A DNA stretch of 64,000 bases from Escherichia coli 042 (GCF_000027125.1 NC_017626.1); one strand, 5' to 3'. Positions 1 through 12,900 are shown, numbered from the stretch's first letter. Translations and numbers: made by a program. Notes: generated from the sequence alone by a model not told the origin.

Positions 1-374
1 TTACCGAAAGCCAGTGCTACCAACTGGAACAAAATCTTCACCAGCAACGCATTGCCATTGAGCGCAAGCAACTGGATGATTTTTTTGAACTTGATGACAA
101 CTTCCATCAACTCCTGACGCAGATTGCCGACTGTCAACTGGCGTGGGATACCATTGAGAACCTGAAAGCGACCGTTGATCGCGTGCGCTATATGAGTTTC
201 GACCACGTTTCTCCACCAGAAATGCTGTTACGCCAGCATCTTGAGATTTTCTCTGCCCTGCAAAAACGTGATGGCGATGCGGTAGAACGTGCAATGACGC
301 AACATTTGCAGGAAATCAGCGAATCCGTGCGCCAGATCCGCCAGGAAAACAGCGACTGGTTTAGCGAAGAGTAA
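1..374 (+). CDS. ydfH: GntR/FadR-family transcriptional regulator, C-terminal part (5' end lies outside window)
   Basis: Frame is open from the window start and continuous with ORF 183..374; position upstream of ydfZ-ydfI matches the K-12 ydfH locus. Confidence 0.65.
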   Translation, partial: TESQCYQLEQNLHQQRIAIERKQLDDFFELDDNFHQLLTQIADCQLAWDTIENLKATVDRVRYMSFDHVSPPEMLLRQHLEIFSALQKRDGDAVERAMTQHLQEISESVRQIRQENSDWFSEE

Positions 375-550
375 TTCATTTCCTCTCATCCCATTCGGGG
401 TGAGAGTCTCTCCCCCCGCCTTATGGCTCATGCATGCATCAAAAAAGATGTGAGCTTGATCAAAAACAAAAAATATTTCACTCGACAGGAGTATTTATAT
501 TGCGCCCGTTACGTGGGCTTCGACTGTAAATCAGAAAGGAGAAAACACCT

Positions 551-754
551 ATGACGACCTACGATCGTAACCGTAACGCAATCACCACTGGCAGCCGTGT
601 TATGGTTAGCGGCACCGGTCACACTGGCAAGATCCTGTCGATTGATACTGAAGGTCTGACCGCTGAGCAAATCCGCCGCGGAAAAACCGTAGTTGTTGAA
701 GGTTGTGAAGAGAAACTGGCACCTCTGGACCTGATTCGTCTCGGCATGAACTAA
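551..754 (+). CDS. ydfZ: small protein YdfZ (67 aa)
   Basis: ORF 551..754, [21 protein letters not shown]..., length and sequence as remembered for YdfZ; followed by hairpin plus T-run. Confidence 0.85.
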
Positions 755-762
755 GCGTGTGA

Positions 763-792
763 ATGCCGCCGATGGCGGCATTGCTTTTTTTA
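763..792. terminator. hairpin (gccgccgatggcggc) plus T-run between convergent ydfZ and ydfI
   Basis: GC-rich inverted repeat followed by TTGCTTTTTTT, immediately after the ydfZ stop and at the ydfI stop. Confidence 0.5.
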
Positions 793-2250
793 CTTCACGG
801 AATATTTCGCAACGGTCGCTTTCGCACCATGCGCTAATAAAGACAAGTACGCTTCCGTCACTTTTGCAGTAAACAAGCTATTGTCTGGCAAATCATCACC
901 AAAGATCGCCTTAATCGCCAGCAATGACTGGACGCGCGCTTTCCCTTCGGCACTACTTTGTACAGCCTTCTGAATAACAGGTAACAGTGGGTCACTGATT
1001 TCTATCGGATTTCCCTGTTCATCAACACCACCGACATAACGCATCCAACCTGCGACGCCCAGCGCCAGCAGATCGAACTTGCTGTCATGCGCCAGATGCC
1101 AGCGAACAGAATCCAACATCCGCTGTGGCAATTTCTGGCTGCCATCCATCGCAATCTGCCAGGTTCGATGACGTAGCGCCGGGTTGCTATAGCGTTCAAT
1201 TAATCGGTTAGCGTAATCTTGCAAATCAACGCCCTGCACTTTCAACGTCGGCGCTTGTTCCTGCAACATCAAGGCATACGCTGCATGACGATAATGTTCA
1301 TCTTCCATGCAGTCATTAATGTGCTGATATCCGGCAAGATACCCCAGATACGCCAGGAATGAATGACTGCCGTTGAGCATGCGCAACTTCATCTCTTCAT
1401 AAGGCAGCACATCACTAACCAGTTCGGCTCCCGCTTTTTCCCATTCCGGACGTCCGGCAACAAAGTTATCTTCTATTACCCACTGGCGGAAAGGTTCACA
1501 GGCAACGCCAGCAGGATCGCGCACACCGGTAAGTTGTTCGATTTTCGCCAGCGTATCCTCTGTCACTGCGGGCACAATACGGTCCACCATTGTTGATGGG
1601 AAAGTCACGTTTACTTCGATCCATTGTGCCAGTTTTACATCAACAGCTTGCGCGTAGGAAGTGACAACGTCACGCATAACATGACCGTTTTCTGGCATGT
1701 TGTCACATGACATGACGGTAAATGCGGGAAGTCCTGCCGCTTTACGGCGAGCCAGCGCCTCAACAATCACCCCTGTTGCAGTTTTCGGCTGGTGGGGATT
1801 TTGCACGTCGGCAGCGACCATCGGGTGATCGAGCATTAACTGTCCGGTCGCCGGAGAGTGGAAATACCCTTTTTCGGTGATTGTCAGAGAGACAATCGCG
1901 ATTTGCGGTTCACACATCGCAGCCAACACGGTTTCTAAGCCATCTATCTGTACGTGCAAGGCTTTTTTAACGACGCCAACGACGCGAGCCGTCCACACAT
2001 CGGCCGACATTTCCGCAACGGTATAAAGATTATCTTGCTGTTGTAAATCGGCAATTTGCTGTTCGCCGCCGATTAAATTGACCTCATAATATCCCCAATC
2101 ACTGAAATGTTTTGTAGCAAGAATATCGGCATACACGCCCTGATGCGCACGGTGAAATGCGCCAAAGCCTAAATGAACAATTCTTGGGGCCAAGTTATTA
2201 CGATCATAAACAGGGAGCGTCGCTTTTGCTGATAACAAATTATTTCCCAT
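790..2250 (-). CDS. ydfI: mannitol dehydrogenase-family oxidoreductase (putative D-mannonate oxidoreductase)
   Basis: 486-aa ORF; N-terminal Rossmann motif ([12 protein letters not shown]); synteny. Confidence 0.9.
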   Translation of the reverse strand: MGNNLLSAKATLPVYDRNNLAPRIVHLGFGAFHRAHQGVYADILATKHFSDWGYYEVNLIGGEQQIADLQQQDNLYTVAEMSADVWTARVVGVVKKALHVQIDGLETVLAAMCEPQIAIVSLTITEKGYFHSPATGQLMLDHPMVAADVQNPHQPKTATGVIVEALARRKAAGLPAFTVMSCDNMPENGHVMRDVVTSYAQAVDVKLAQWIEVNVTFPSTMVDRIVPAVTEDTLAKIEQLTGVRDPAGVACEPFRQWVIEDNFVAGRPEWEKAGAELVSDVLPYEEMKLRMLNGSHSFLAYLGYLAGYQHINDCMEDEHYRHAAYALMLQEQAPTLKVQGVDLQDYANRLIERYSNPALRHRTWQIAMDGSQKLPQRMLDSVRWHLAHDSKFDLLALGVAGWMRYVGGVDEQGNPIEISDPLLPVIQKAVQSSAEGKARVQSLLAIKAIFGDDLPDNSLFTAKVTEAYLSLLAHGAKATVAKYSVK

Positions 2251-2339
2251 AACAATTCCTTAAATTTAAATATGGCAAGCTGCATGTTTTGTTATATGAA
2301 TAAAAAATCCCCTCTCCGGTAAGAGAAGGGATGGAGGAT

Positions 2340-3623
2340 TTACAGACTTCTTGAAGGTTGCGCAGCTGTTACAACACGCGGTTGATCTTCCGCGGCATCT
2401 TCCAGTGCACTTAAATCACGGTCTCTCACTTCTGGCATTTTCAGCGCAGAGATTAAACCAATCACTGAATATGCCATGATCATAATGGCGATCGGATACC
2501 AGGATTCCGTCATGGTGCAGAAAATACCCGCCAGGATAGGACCAAAACCGGAAGCGATAAGACCACCAATTTCTTTAGAAATCGCCATCCGGGTAAAGCG
2601 GTTTTTACAGCCGAACATTTCTGCCATGGTAATGTTTTCCAGAGCAAATAATCCCAGCACCGCACAGTTATGAATCACAATCAGTGCAACCATAATGGTG
2701 CTCGGGGCATAGCTTTTATCTACGATGATAGAAAGCATTGGCCACGCCAGCACAATCGCAGAGGTATTCATAATAATATACGGGATCCGGCGACCTATTT
2801 TATCGGATAACCAACCAAGGAACGGAATGGTCATAAAGCCGAGAATCGAACTGATCATCAATGCATCTGTTGGAATTGCTTTGTTAAACAATAACGTCTG
2901 CACTAAATAGCCTGCAAGGAAAGTCTGAATTAAACCGGAGTTACCAGCCTGACCAAAACGCAGCCCTGTTGCCAGCCAGAAGGATTTGCTCTGGAACATG
3001 CTACCAGCAGGTGCAGGTTTTGCTGTCGGTTGGTTGCTGTCGTTAACCTTCTCAAAGACCGGGCTTTCTTTCAGATTCATACGCAACCAGATAGCAAAGA
3101 CCATCACGACAACGCTCGCCAGGAACGGTATACGCCATCCCCACGCAAGCAGTTCCTCTTTACTGAGAATGAAGAACATAAAGGCCCAGATTGCCGTTGC
3201 GCTCAAGGTTCCGCAGTTAGTCCCCATAGCAACAAATGAGGAGATAATTCCGCGCTTACCTTTTGGTGCATATTCCGCCAGCATCGTGCCGGCACCGGAA
3301 ATTTCCGCGCCTGCCCCCAGCCCCTGAATAATACGCAGCGTCACCAGCAAAATTGGCGCAAACACACCAATTTGTGCATAGGTCGGCAGCACACCAATTA
3401 AGGTAGTACAGATCCCCATCATAGTGATGGTAATAAAGAGCACTTTTTTACGCCCGATTCTGTCGCCCATTTTGCCGAAAATAAATGCTCCGACAATACG
3501 CGCCACATAACCTGCACCGTAGGTTCCCATTGCCAGAATTAACGCCATTGCCGTTGATGATTCAGGAAAAAATATTTCATGAAACACTAACGCTGCGCCG
3601 AGCGAATATAACTGGAAATCCAT
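2340..3623 (-). pseudogene. ydfJ: MFS transporter YdfJ, C-terminal 427 codons; N-terminal ~34 codons separated by the prophage
   Basis: ORF starts MDFQLYSLGAALVF, which is internal to typical MFS N-termini; the missing N-terminus (MTIEKHERSTKDLVKAAVSGWLGTALEFMDF) is encoded at 51200..51310 on the same strand. Confidence 0.85.
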
Positions 3624-3625
3624 AA
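3615..3625. repeat. prophage attachment-site core, left junction (GAAATCCATAA)
   Basis: Identical 11-mer at 51218..51228; both lie on the ATG GAT TTC (MDF) codons of ydfJ. Confidence 0.6.
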
Positions 3626-4226
3626 TTCACAGGTGTTTTTTCCCATCCTGTGGTTTCCTTGGCGTTTTCTAGGTTTTTTCAGATAGTTGCATTTTTTAAA
3701 AAGCATCCTAAGTTCGATCTCAGTGTCTATCTGGGGCCTATTTCTGTCCCATATATGCCCCAAAAAAACTCCCCAACAGATAAGTAGTTTTTTCATGGAT
3801 TTATGCGTAAAATCAAGAACGGCTGGAAATCATTCAATACTCACACTATCGAAAAATTTACCAGCCAACCGCAGCACGTTCTTGCATAAGGCGTGTCTGC
3901 GTTTTTTCAACTATTCAGATACATCACTCCCATCACAGTCATTCCTCCGCATCAAAGGCATATAGGCTATATCACCTTGATATTTTTCTTTTTCAGATAA
4001 AAACTGTTATCTATGTATACTTTTAAACCCAATCCGTGTAGAGTCTCTGCATAAGATAGTTTGCAGTTGCCGCTTCAGCTTGCGCCATAAACCGCCTGAT
4101 TTTTGCTGCCACCTGCTAGCATTCCTGTATACCTGAAACGACAATGTTTATCTACGAACTTTAAAAACACCCAAGATAAAAATTGTCAACTATATCATAT
4201 ATAACACATTACTAATTCGAGGCTAT

Positions 4227-4340
4227 ATGAACAGCATACTGATAATCACTTCTCTCCTTATCATATTCAGCATTTTTAGTCATGCCCTAATAAAATTAGG
4301 GATTGGCATATCCAATAACCCAGACAAAACCGATGTATAA
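4227..4340 (+). CDS. hypothetical 37-aa hydrophobic peptide ([37 protein letters not shown])
   Basis: ATG preceded by GAGG about 6 nt upstream; single predicted TM helix; below the ORF-track length cutoff. Confidence 0.3.
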
Positions 4341-4408
4341 GTCAACATATCCTGAATCAGACATACAATATCGCAATGAAAATCAATAATATTTTAAGGA
4401 ATATCTTC

Positions 4409-4642
4409 ATGAAATCAAAAGACACCCTAAAGTGGTTCCCTGCGCAGCTTCCTGAAGTAAGAATTATCCTAGGGGATGCTGTAGTGGAAGTAGCAAAACA
4501 GGGAAGACCTATTAATACCAGAACATTGCTTGATTACATTGAAGGAAACATAAAGAAAAAATCATGGCTGGATAACAAAGAATTATTACAAACAGCGATA
4601 TCAGTTCTTAAAGACAACCAAAATTTAAATGGTAAAATGTAA
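4409..4642 (+). CDS. ydfK: Qin prophage small protein YdfK (YnaE/YdfK family)
   Basis: ORF 4376..4642; start chosen at MKSKDTLKWFPAQLPEV to give the 77-aa YdfK length. Confidence 0.75.
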   Translation: MKSKDTLKWFPAQLPEVRIILGDAVVEVAKQGRPINTRTLLDYIEGNIKKKSWLDNKELLQTAISVLKDNQNLNGKM

Positions 4643-4959
4643 TATAATAAACTTACTTTTTTATCATTTTTCCACTTTAACAACATTTTGCTCCACTTTT
4701 CCACGTCCAAACAACTTGAAATCTGGTTAAAATAACACGCAACACTATTCTTCTTCCTTGAGCCCGCCCGGAACTCGAAAAACAAACCGAGTTAAAGCCA
4801 TTTTTCACAAAATCGATTTTGGGTCTCACCAAAAATTACGGGGTTGCATACGCATTCGTTTATTTTCGAACGTGTACATACAAATATGCACAAAAATAAT
4901 CATAATTATTTTCTGAGATGCATTATGATATGAACACCAATTTCGAATAGAGTCTCACT

Positions 4960-5550
4960 ATGTCTCGAATTTTTGCTTACTGTCGGATATCAACGCTGGA
5001 TCAGACCACCGAAAATCAACGCCGGGAAATCGAAAGTGCAGGTTTTAAAATCAAACCTCAGCAAATAATCGAAGAACACATTAGCGGCTCAGCAGCAACC
5101 AGTGAGCGTCCTGGTTTTAACCGGTTGCTTGCTCGCCTGAAATGTGGTGATCAATTGATTGTGACAAAACTGGATCGCCTTGGTTGTAATGCAATGGATA
5201 TCAGGAAAACAGTGGAACAACTGACCGAAACAGGTATCAGAGTGCATTGCTTAGCATTGGGTGGCATTGACCTGACCAGTCCAACAGGAAAAATGATGAT
5301 GCAAGTAATTTCAGCAGTCGCTGAATTTGAACGAGACCTTTTACTTGAACGCACTCATTCCGGGATAGTAAGAGCCCGCGGCGCAGGGAAACGTTTTGGT
5401 CGACCACCTGTGTTAAATGAAGAACAGAAACAGGTGGTATTCGAACGAATTAAGTCAGGTGTAAGTATAAGTGCCATTGCCCGGGAATTCAAAACCTCGC
5501 GGCAAACCATTTTAAGAGCCAAAGCAAAACTTCAGACACCTGACATATAA
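4960..5550 (+). CDS. pinQ: serine recombinase, DNA invertase Pin (Hin/Gin/Cin family)
   Basis: 196-aa [23 protein letters not shown]...; catalytic Ser region and C-terminal HTH; adjacent to tail-fibre genes. Confidence 0.9.
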
Positions 5551-5647
5551 AAAATAATCTCGGTGTGAGATGCTTTACGTGTTCCAAGCCCCCTTCCTTG
5601 CCGTAAATGGAAAGATACATCTAATTATAGAATTTATATGTTTTACC

Positions 5648-6223
5648 CTACGGCAGTGCTGGCCATTCAATATCCTGTGCAGTTGACGTATCAACACGGT
5701 TCAGCAATACCCGATACTTTTTCCATGCTTCCAGCAACGAGATTTCTTCCTCCGTTGCAATTTCCAGATCTGCAGCATCCTGAAGCGGCGCAATATGCTC
5801 ACTGGCTACCTGCATCAGGTTGTTTTTTGTTTCTTCCGCCTCCCGGATCCGGAACAGTTTTTCTGCTTCCGTATCCTTCACCCAGGCTGTGCCGTTCCAC
5901 TTCTGAAACTCCCCTTCCGGCGATAACCAGGTAACATTTTCCGGTAACGGACCGAGTTCAGAAATAAATAACGCGTCGCCGGAAGCCACGTCATAGACGG
6001 TTTTTCCCCGATGATCTTCAACGAGATGCCACGATGCCTCATCACTGTTGAAAACAGCCACGAAGCCTGCCGGAATATCTGGCGGTGCAATATCGGTACT
6101 GTTTGCTGGCAGACCTGTATGAGGCGGAATATATGCGTCACCTTCACCAATAAATTCATTAGTTCCGGCCAGCAGATTATAAATTTTTATGGTCTGTGGT
6201 TGTTCACTCATTCTGAATGCCAT
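5648..6223 (-). CDS. tfaQ: tail fibre assembly protein (Tfa)
   Basis: 191-aa ORF immediately downstream of and overlapping stf; Tfa-like sequence. Confidence 0.85.
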   Translation of the reverse strand: MAFRMSEQPQTIKIYNLLAGTNEFIGEGDAYIPPHTGLPANSTDIAPPDIPAGFVAVFNSDEASWHLVEDHRGKTVYDVASGDALFISELGPLPENVTWLSPEGEFQKWNGTAWVKDTEAEKLFRIREAEETKNNLMQVASEHIAPLQDAADLEIATEEEISLLEAWKKYRVLLNRVDTSTAQDIEWPALP

Positions 6224-9192
6224 TATGCAAGCCTCACAATATAGTTAAATGCGATGTTTTTGACGGTGTTTTCCGCGTTACCAGCAGCGTTAACGGTGAT
6301 GGTGTGTCCATGTGAACCAATCGCAACGGAGTGCGTATGAGCACCAATACCGACAGTATGTGCATGTGCGCCTGCGCTTGCAGCAGTGCCGGACAGCGAG
6401 TGGGTATGAGCACCATCTGATGATGTCTTCCCTGCATTACGAGTCTGGCCACTACCGCTTGTTGTGCTCATAATCCCCGCGCTTAGATTTGAAATCGCGG
6501 TATAACCATTAGGGAAAATGCTCGTGTTCGTGCCACCAAATGCACCGGAACTCTTGTGTTGGTGCGCACCGGCACTATTTGCAGTCCCGCTAATACTATG
6601 GGTATGCGCCCCGGTGTTATTCGTGGATTTGGTTCCGTAATCAAACGACGATGTGTTTTTCGTCCCCAAATCCGTACTGGATGCGCTGGCGCTGTGGGTG
6701 TGCGATTTAATGCCGTCCTGTTCCTGAGACAATACGGCACGACCACTGGCGGGTTTGCCCTTAATCGTCCAGCCACGCATATCAGGGATCACGCCTGACG
6801 GATAAGCGGCTGCAAGTTTCGGGTATGCAGATTTGTCAAAAGTCTGCCCCTGCATCAGGGCATAGCCAGACGGAACGGTATCTGATGGCCACGGGATTGG
6901 TGCGCCAGGCGGATAAAACTGCTCTGATGGCGTATAGAGTGAATAAACTGTACCGTCCGTTAACCCTTCCGGCTTATTAGCAGAATATGCTGGTGACGTA
7001 TGAATCGTCACGCTGGCATTACTGGTATAATCCCATTGAATATTTACACCAGTCGCATAATTTCCGATTGCAACGTAAATATCGTAAGTATCACCAGATG
7101 TATTGACCCAGGCAAAATTTGTAAACCCTGTCGATGTGCGCTGCCATAAAGCACCAGTAATCCCCTTCGGATTACCATTACCTGCACGCAAAACAAGTTC
7201 AGATATACCTGCCTGTTGAGGTGACCCCACGTTAAATCCCGCGCCACCAATCAACGTAATTGAAACAACAGAACTCGCCTGTGGCATGGTTACCGTTGCT
7301 AATTTGAACCAACCAGCACCACCGCTGAATGACATTGTTGTTGAGTTAAGCGTACCAATATCTTTCGGCGTCAGTGTTATATCCGCTGAAAGCGCCTTAC
7401 CATTCACCTTACGGGCAGAAGGTACCCGACCATTCGCATTATCATTAGCTGCTTTCACTGCTTTCGGTGTCGCGGCAAGCGTTTCAGATGCGCTGTTGGT
7501 TGCACTACTGAGCTGGACAATTCCTTTTTGTGCTGTCGTAGCGTTCTGAGCAGTATATTTCCCGTTAGCAAGGTCATAGGCTGCCTTTACCGACTTTGGC
7601 GTTGCCGCCAGCATTTCAGATGTGCTGTTGGTCGCGTTGCTAAGCTGAACTATCCCTTTCTGTGCTGTCGTTGCATCCTGTGCGGTGTATTTCCCGTTAG
7701 CCAGCTCATACGCGGCCTTAACGGCTTTTGGTGTTGCCGCCAGTGACTCGGAAGTGCTGTTAGTCGCACTGCTGAGCTGTACTATCCCCTTTTTCGTCGT
7801 GCTCGCATCCTCAAGCGCGACGGCGGATGCAATATCCTCTGCCCGTTTTGCCGCTGTCTCGGCGCGCGTTGCCGCGGATTCCGCCGTACTTTTGCTCTGA
7901 GCTGCCGCCGTCGCACTGCCAGCTGCCTCTGTCGCCTTCGTGGATGCCGTCGTGGCGCTGCCCTTTGCTGCTGACGCCTGTCTGGTCGCCTCATCTTTTG
8001 AAGCAGACGCAGATAATGCCGATGACGCCGCCGAACTGGCGGACGATGCGGCAGCCGTTTTTGAGGATTCTGCGCTGGTTTCCGACGCTTTCGCGTTCGT
8101 CTCGGATGTCTTCGCTGCGGAAGCAGACCTCGCTGCTGCGCTGGCCTGTACAGCGGCTTCGCCAGCCTTCGTTGTGGCTGTTGAAGCGGACGATGCAGCA
8201 CTTTCTGCCGATTTTCCGGCGGCGGTGGCACTGGCTGAGGCCTGCCCGGCATTTGTTGACGCGGCGCTGGCAGATGAGGCAGCCGCTGTTTTTGAGTCTG
8301 CTGCTGCGGAGGCACTCTGTGCTGCTGCCGTCTCAGAAGACTTAGCGTTCGTCTCGGACGTTTTTGCCGCCTTCGCGGAATTTCCTGCCGCTGTTGCCGA
8401 GGAGGCTGCACTACTGGCGCTCGAGGCTGCGCTCGTTTCTGATGATTTTGCCGCCTCTTTTGAGGCCGCCGCATCCCGGGCTGAGGTGGCAGCTTCTGAC
8501 GCCTTCGTGGTCGCGGCGGATGCAGAAGTGGCTGCTGATTGTTGTGACGCTGCCGCATTCGTTTCTGACGTTTTCGCGGCACTGGCACTGGTAGCTGCCG
8601 CGCTTTTTGAGGACTCTGCAGCGGCAGCACTTTTTGATGCTTCAGTAGCCTTTGTTGATGCCGTTCCTGCGCTGGAAGACGCTGACTGAGCCGACGTCGC
8701 GGCCTGCCCGGCTGATGTGCTGGCTGCACGTGCTGAGCCTGCAGCATCAGTCGCATGGGTTGCCGCCTCACGGGCTGATGTGCTGGCATCGCTGGCTGAC
8801 TTCTTCGCGGCTGCTGTGTTCTGCGCCACTGCGGACGCGTTACGCGCCACCTCTTCCACCATCAGTTCAAAACGGCGCAGTGCCTCAGGACGGGCATCAT
8901 CCTCCGTCATGGCACCGAGAAAATCATTCAGCGTACCGGGTCGGGAATCTTCATACACGGTGATGGTCCCGGCATGTGACGGCGGGAATCCTTCCACCAA
9001 CAGAATAACGCTGTACTGACCGTACTCAACGTCCATGCTGTAACGCCCGGCCTCATCCGGATTTTCTGAGGCCAGCGTGTTCACCACCACCGTGGTGCTG
9101 TTACGTTTTGCTTTCAGCTGGATTGTGCAGTTCTGTACCGGTTTTCCTGTGCCGTCTTTCAGTACACCTGAAATCTTTACTGCCATATTCAC
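6223..9192 (-). CDS. stfQ: side tail fibre protein (Stf), 989 aa, with expanded Ala/Ser/Thr-rich repeat region
   Basis: N-terminus [26 protein letters not shown]... like lambda Stf; low-complexity A/S/T-rich stretch; three ~43-aa tandem repeats; His-rich HxH motifs near the C-terminus. Confidence 0.85.
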   Translation of the reverse strand: MNMAVKISGVLKDGTGKPVQNCTIQLKAKRNSTTVVVNTLASENPDEAGRYSMDVEYGQYSVILLVEGFPPSHAGTITVYEDSRPGTLNDFLGAMTEDDARPEALRRFELMVEEVARNASAVAQNTAAAKKSASDASTSAREAATHATDAAGSARAASTSAGQAATSAQSASSSAGTASTKATEASKSAAAAESSKSAAATSASAAKTSETNAAASQQSAATSASAATTKASEAATSARDAAASKEAAKSSETSAASSASSAASSATAAGNSAKAAKTSETNAKSSETAAAQSASAAADSKTAAASSASAASTNAGQASASATAAGKSAESAASSASTATTKAGEAAVQASAAARSASAAKTSETNAKASETSAESSKTAAASSASSAASSALSASASKDEATRQASAAKGSATTASTKATEAAGSATAAAQSKSTAESAATRAETAAKRAEDIASAVALEDASTTKKGIVQLSSATNSTSESLAATPKAVKAAYELANGKYTAQDATTAQKGIVQLSNATNSTSEMLAATPKSVKAAYDLANGKYTAQNATTAQKGIVQLSSATNSASETLAATPKAVKAANDNANGRVPSARKVNGKALSADITLTPKDIGTLNSTTMSFSGGAGWFKLATVTMPQASSVVSITLIGGAGFNVGSPQQAGISELVLRAGNGNPKGITGALWQRTSTGFTNFAWVNTSGDTYDIYVAIGNYATGVNIQWDYTSNASVTIHTSPAYSANKPEGLTDGTVYSLYTPSEQFYPPGAPIPWPSDTVPSGYALMQGQTFDKSAYPKLAAAYPSGVIPDMRGWTIKGKPASGRAVLSQEQDGIKSHTHSASASSTDLGTKNTSSFDYGTKSTNNTGAHTHSISGTANSAGAHQHKSSGAFGGTNTSIFPNGYTAISNLSAGIMSTTSGSGQTRNAGKTSSDGAHTHSLSGTAASAGAHAHTVGIGAHTHSVAIGSHGHTITVNAAGNAENTVKNIAFNYIVRLA
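7455..7830. repeat. three tandem ~129-bp repeats inside stf
   Basis: Repeated protein unit TAQ(D/N)[12 protein letters not shown](N/S)ATNS(T/A)SE(M/T)LAATPK(A/S)VKAA seen three times, with matching near-identical DNA blocks. Confidence 0.7.
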
Positions 9193-9202
9193 CCCACAAA
9201 AA

Positions 9203-9222
9203 AGCCCGCCTGAACAGGCGGG
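9203..9222 (-). terminator. hairpin plus T-run downstream of lom (minus strand)
   Basis: gcccgcctgaacaggcgggc stem-loop followed by a T-run on the minus strand. Confidence 0.45.
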
Positions 9223-9250
9223 CTGTCATAACACTGTGTTACCTGGCTAA

Positions 9251-9850
9251 TCAGAACTTATAACCGACACCCACGATGAAACCGTCAGTGCGCCAGTCGC
9301 CACTGCCGGAGCCTTCATAAGCAATATCAATGGCCACGGATTCGGTCGGGTTAAACTGCACGCCAGCTCCCCACGCCAGAGACGTGTTGCTGTGGCGACC
9401 GTCATCACTTCCGGTCAGCACGTCGTGCGTTTTCCCCTTGTTGTCAGTTACGCGGAGATAATCCCCGGAGAAAGTCGACACACGGCTGTAAGCCACACCC
9501 GCCATCGCATACGCGCTGAACCATTCATTCACGCGCACAGACGGCCCCACCATCACGCTGAACCAGCGGTTACGCACGGAATCTTCATGCCAGCGGGTAT
9601 CGCTGTAACGGGTAAGCTGGCGATTCTTGTCTCCTGCATAGCTGAATGACGTCACCAGCCCCAGTGTGTCCGTAAACTCATAACGGTATTTCACGTTAAT
9701 CCCGTTAAGATCATCGCTGCCGGGAACGTTCGTCGAGGCATGAAGATACCCCGCGCTCAGCGTGGACTGATGTTCAGATGCCCATGCAGGCGCACCGGAT
9801 ACGGCCAGACAAATGGCTGCGGACAAAATGGCGGCATAAAGTTTACGCAT
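9251..9850 (-). CDS. lom: Lom-like outer membrane protein (Ail/Lom family)
   Basis: 199-aa ORF with signal peptide and beta-barrel-like C-terminal ...GVGYKF; position after J as in lambda. Confidence 0.85.
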
Positions 9851-9876
9851 AATTACCTCTCGCTTTTCTGCAATAA

Positions 9877-9900
9877 AAAAGGCACCATTTCTGGTGCCCT
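9877..9900 (-). terminator. hairpin plus T-run downstream of J (minus strand)
   Basis: ggcaccatttctggtgcc stem followed by T-run on the minus strand. Confidence 0.4.
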
Positions 9901-9919
9901 TATATGGGTTATAACAATT

Positions 9920-12900
9920 TCAACGAATACTGATGCCGGAAGCGGCTTTTTTGGTCACAATCACCGTACAGTCGGTGATATTACCTGCCCACTGATTGCC
10001 TTTATGGAAAACCTTAAACTCCAGAGTGACGCTTCCCCTGCCACTCGGCATATCAATAACCGCACTGTAGCTACCGGGAATGGCCCCTTTAGTTTCTCTG
10101 GATGCGATTAATACACCGTTTTGGCGAACTTCAAAACCATAACCCGTGTATCTTGTACCTCCCGGGTTATTACCACTTCCCGGATCGCTATACGCTATTC
10201 CGTTAAAGATAATGGGCGGAATAATGATTTGACGGTCAAAGTTATGATCATCGCTTATGGTGACTGTAACCGTCCCGTTTGGTGTTTCCGTGTTACCCCA
10301 CGTACCAGCCTGTTTCGGAAATGATTTGGATACAGCTTTAACGAAATCCCCTCTGACCTGAGTCGCCTCCAGCATGCCCTTAATCGTACAGTTTTCATTT
10401 ACCGTGACATTGTTGAGCGTCCCGGCGTTCGCATTCACACTGCCACTGATATCCGCATTTTTAGCGGTCAGCTTTCCGTCTGATGTCAGGGAAAATACCG
10501 GTGGATTTCCACCGCTGGTAATGGTGGGGGCCGTCAGGCGCTTCAGGAACACGTCGTTCATGAATATCTGGTTGCCCTGCGCCACAAACATCGGCGTTTC
10601 ATTCCCGTTTGCCGGATCAATAAACGCGATACGATTGGCGGCAACCAGAAACTGGCTCAGTTTGCCTTCCTCTGTATCCTCCATGCTGAGGCCAATACCC
10701 GCGACATAATGTTTGCCGTCTTTGGTCTGCTCAATTTTGACGCCCCACATGGCATTCCACTTATCGTTAGCATCCTTCCACTCTTTCGAAAACTGCTCCA
10801 GTCTGCTGGCGTTATCCTCCGTCAGGTCGACTTTTTCCAGCAGCTCTTTACCGAGATGGGATTCGGTTATCAGGCCTTTGAAAAAATCCAGGTAACCTTC
10901 GGCATCATCGCTCGCCCGACCAACAGCCTCCACGAATGCCGATTTGCCAACGGTGTTCACACTGCGAACGTAAAAATAATAATTATGGCCCGGCCTGATA
11001 TTGATACTGGCGGCTATCCAGTACAGCGCCGTGCCAAGATAGCGTGCTGTGGTTTCAACCTGCCTGATATCCGCAATCCGCTTTTCCGAGAACCAGAACT
11101 CAAACTGTACCGTCGGGTCATAAACCGCAAGATGCGGCGTGGCGGTTATCTGAAAATAGCCCGGCGTCAGCTCAATCCGCGACGGCGCTGCCGGTGCGGC
11201 AATCCGGAACGATACCGACGCCGGATCGCCCTGCTGCTCCCACGCATTTACTGCCCGGACTGTCAGCCTGTAGTTCCCCAGAGCCAGTTGTGTGAAGCGG
11301 TAAGTGGTTTCCGTCGTCCGGGCCGTGCTGACCAGCCGCTCACTGCCGTCATCCGCTGCCACGGTCAGGCGAAGCATGAAACTCACGCCCTTCACCACCT
11401 TCGGCGTGTCCCAGCGGGCCAGTACCTGATACTCCCCGCTGTCTGCGGTGACTTCGGCAGTCAGGTGCTGCACTGCTGGCGGCGTGACACCATTCACCGT
11501 GCCGCTCTGGTCGCCGTCAAAGTGCGCCCCGTTATCCACGATAGCTTCTTTTTCCGGTACATGCTGCACGGCGGTGATGGCATACGTGCCGTCGTCGTTC
11601 TCACGGATACTCACGCAGCGGAACAGGCGCTGGCGCAGCGTCGGCAGCTTCAGCCCCCATACGCTGTATCCGGCAACGCCGTCAGGAACACGGCTCACTT
11701 TTACCTTCACGCCGTCGGTGACGGACTGGACCTCCACGCTGACCGGATTGCCACTTCCGTCAACCAGGCTTATCAGCGTGGTACCGGAGGATGGCAGCGT
11801 GATTTCACGGTCGAGCGTCAGCGTCCGGGTCTGGCTGTTCACCGCCAGCACGCGCCCGCCGGTGCTGATCCCCGCATAGTCATCATCGCAGATTTCAATG
11901 ACATCGCCCGGCACATGGCGAAGCCCTTCCGCACCCACGCTGAAGTCCACGGTCTGCGTTTCCAGTAGTTCCGTTTTAATCAGCCACAGCCCGGCGCGGT
12001 GCGCCTGCCCCCGGCTGGTACAGCCAAAGGCATCCATCTTCGTGACGTTACGACCGTAACGGAGAATGGCCTGCGTATCTTCAACAAGCTCTGTCGCCGT
12101 CTCCCAGCCGTTATCCGGGTCAATCCAGTTCACCTCAACGGCATTATGACGGTCCTTCAGGGCACTGAAGCTGTAGCGGAACGGCGCGCCATCATCCGGC
12201 ATCACCACATTACTGCGGTTATAGGTCCACACCTTATCCGACGGTCGGTCCTGCACGAACGTCAGCGTCTGCCCGTTCCATACCGGCATACAGCGCATCG
12301 CCGAGCAGAAATCACTGAGAACATCCCACGCCTTGCGCTGTGTGGTCAGGTAGGCATTACAGGTGATGCGCGGCTCCGTGCCACCAAAGCCATCCGGCAC
12401 CGACTGGTCGCAATTCTGGCCGATGACATACAGCGCCCATTTGTCCACATCCGCCGCACCGAGACGCTTCCCCATGCCGTAGCGCGGATGGGTCAGCATA
12501 TCCCACAGACACCAGGCCATGTTGTTGCTGTATGCTGGCTTAAACGTTCCGTCCCAGATACCGCTGTATTGCCGCGTCTGCGGGTTATAGTTCGACGGCA
12601 CCTGCAGAATGCGCCCGCGAAGATGATAATTACGGCTCACCTGCTGGCTGCCGAACTGTTCCGAGTCCACCTGCACGCCGACCAGTGCCGTGTTCGGGTA
12701 GCACTGTTTCACATCGATGATTTCGGTGTATGACGACCAGAGCGTTTTGTTCTGCAGCTGGTCTGTGGTGCTGTCCGGCGTCATCCTGCGCATCCGGATA
12801 TTAAACGGGCGCGGCGGCAGGTTACCCACCACCACCGAGGCCAGATACTGCGAGGTGGTTTTGCCCTTAATGGTGATGTCTTTTTCCGTCACCCAGCCAC

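Noticed and set aside
5551-5647. Confident call of a Pin crossover (pix/gix-like) site between tfa and pin
   Set aside because: Only a weak, imperfect palindrome was found and the partner site inside stf is poorly matched; reported as a question in findings rather than as a feature.
7782-8789. Long ORFs overlapping stf on both strands (7782..8789 Arg/Pro/Gln-rich 335 aa; 7940..8689 Ala/Asp-rich 249 aa; 8652..9019)
   Set aside because: Alternative-frame readings of the GC-rich, Ala/Ser/Thr-encoding repetitive region of stf; extreme low-complexity composition; no independent signals.
10709-12733. Antisense ORFs inside gene J (10709..11968, 419 aa; 11999..12733, 244 aa) and similar antisense ORFs inside H, B, C and A
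   Set aside because: Fully contained within well-supported lambda-like structural genes; typical spurious ORFs in GC-rich coding DNA.
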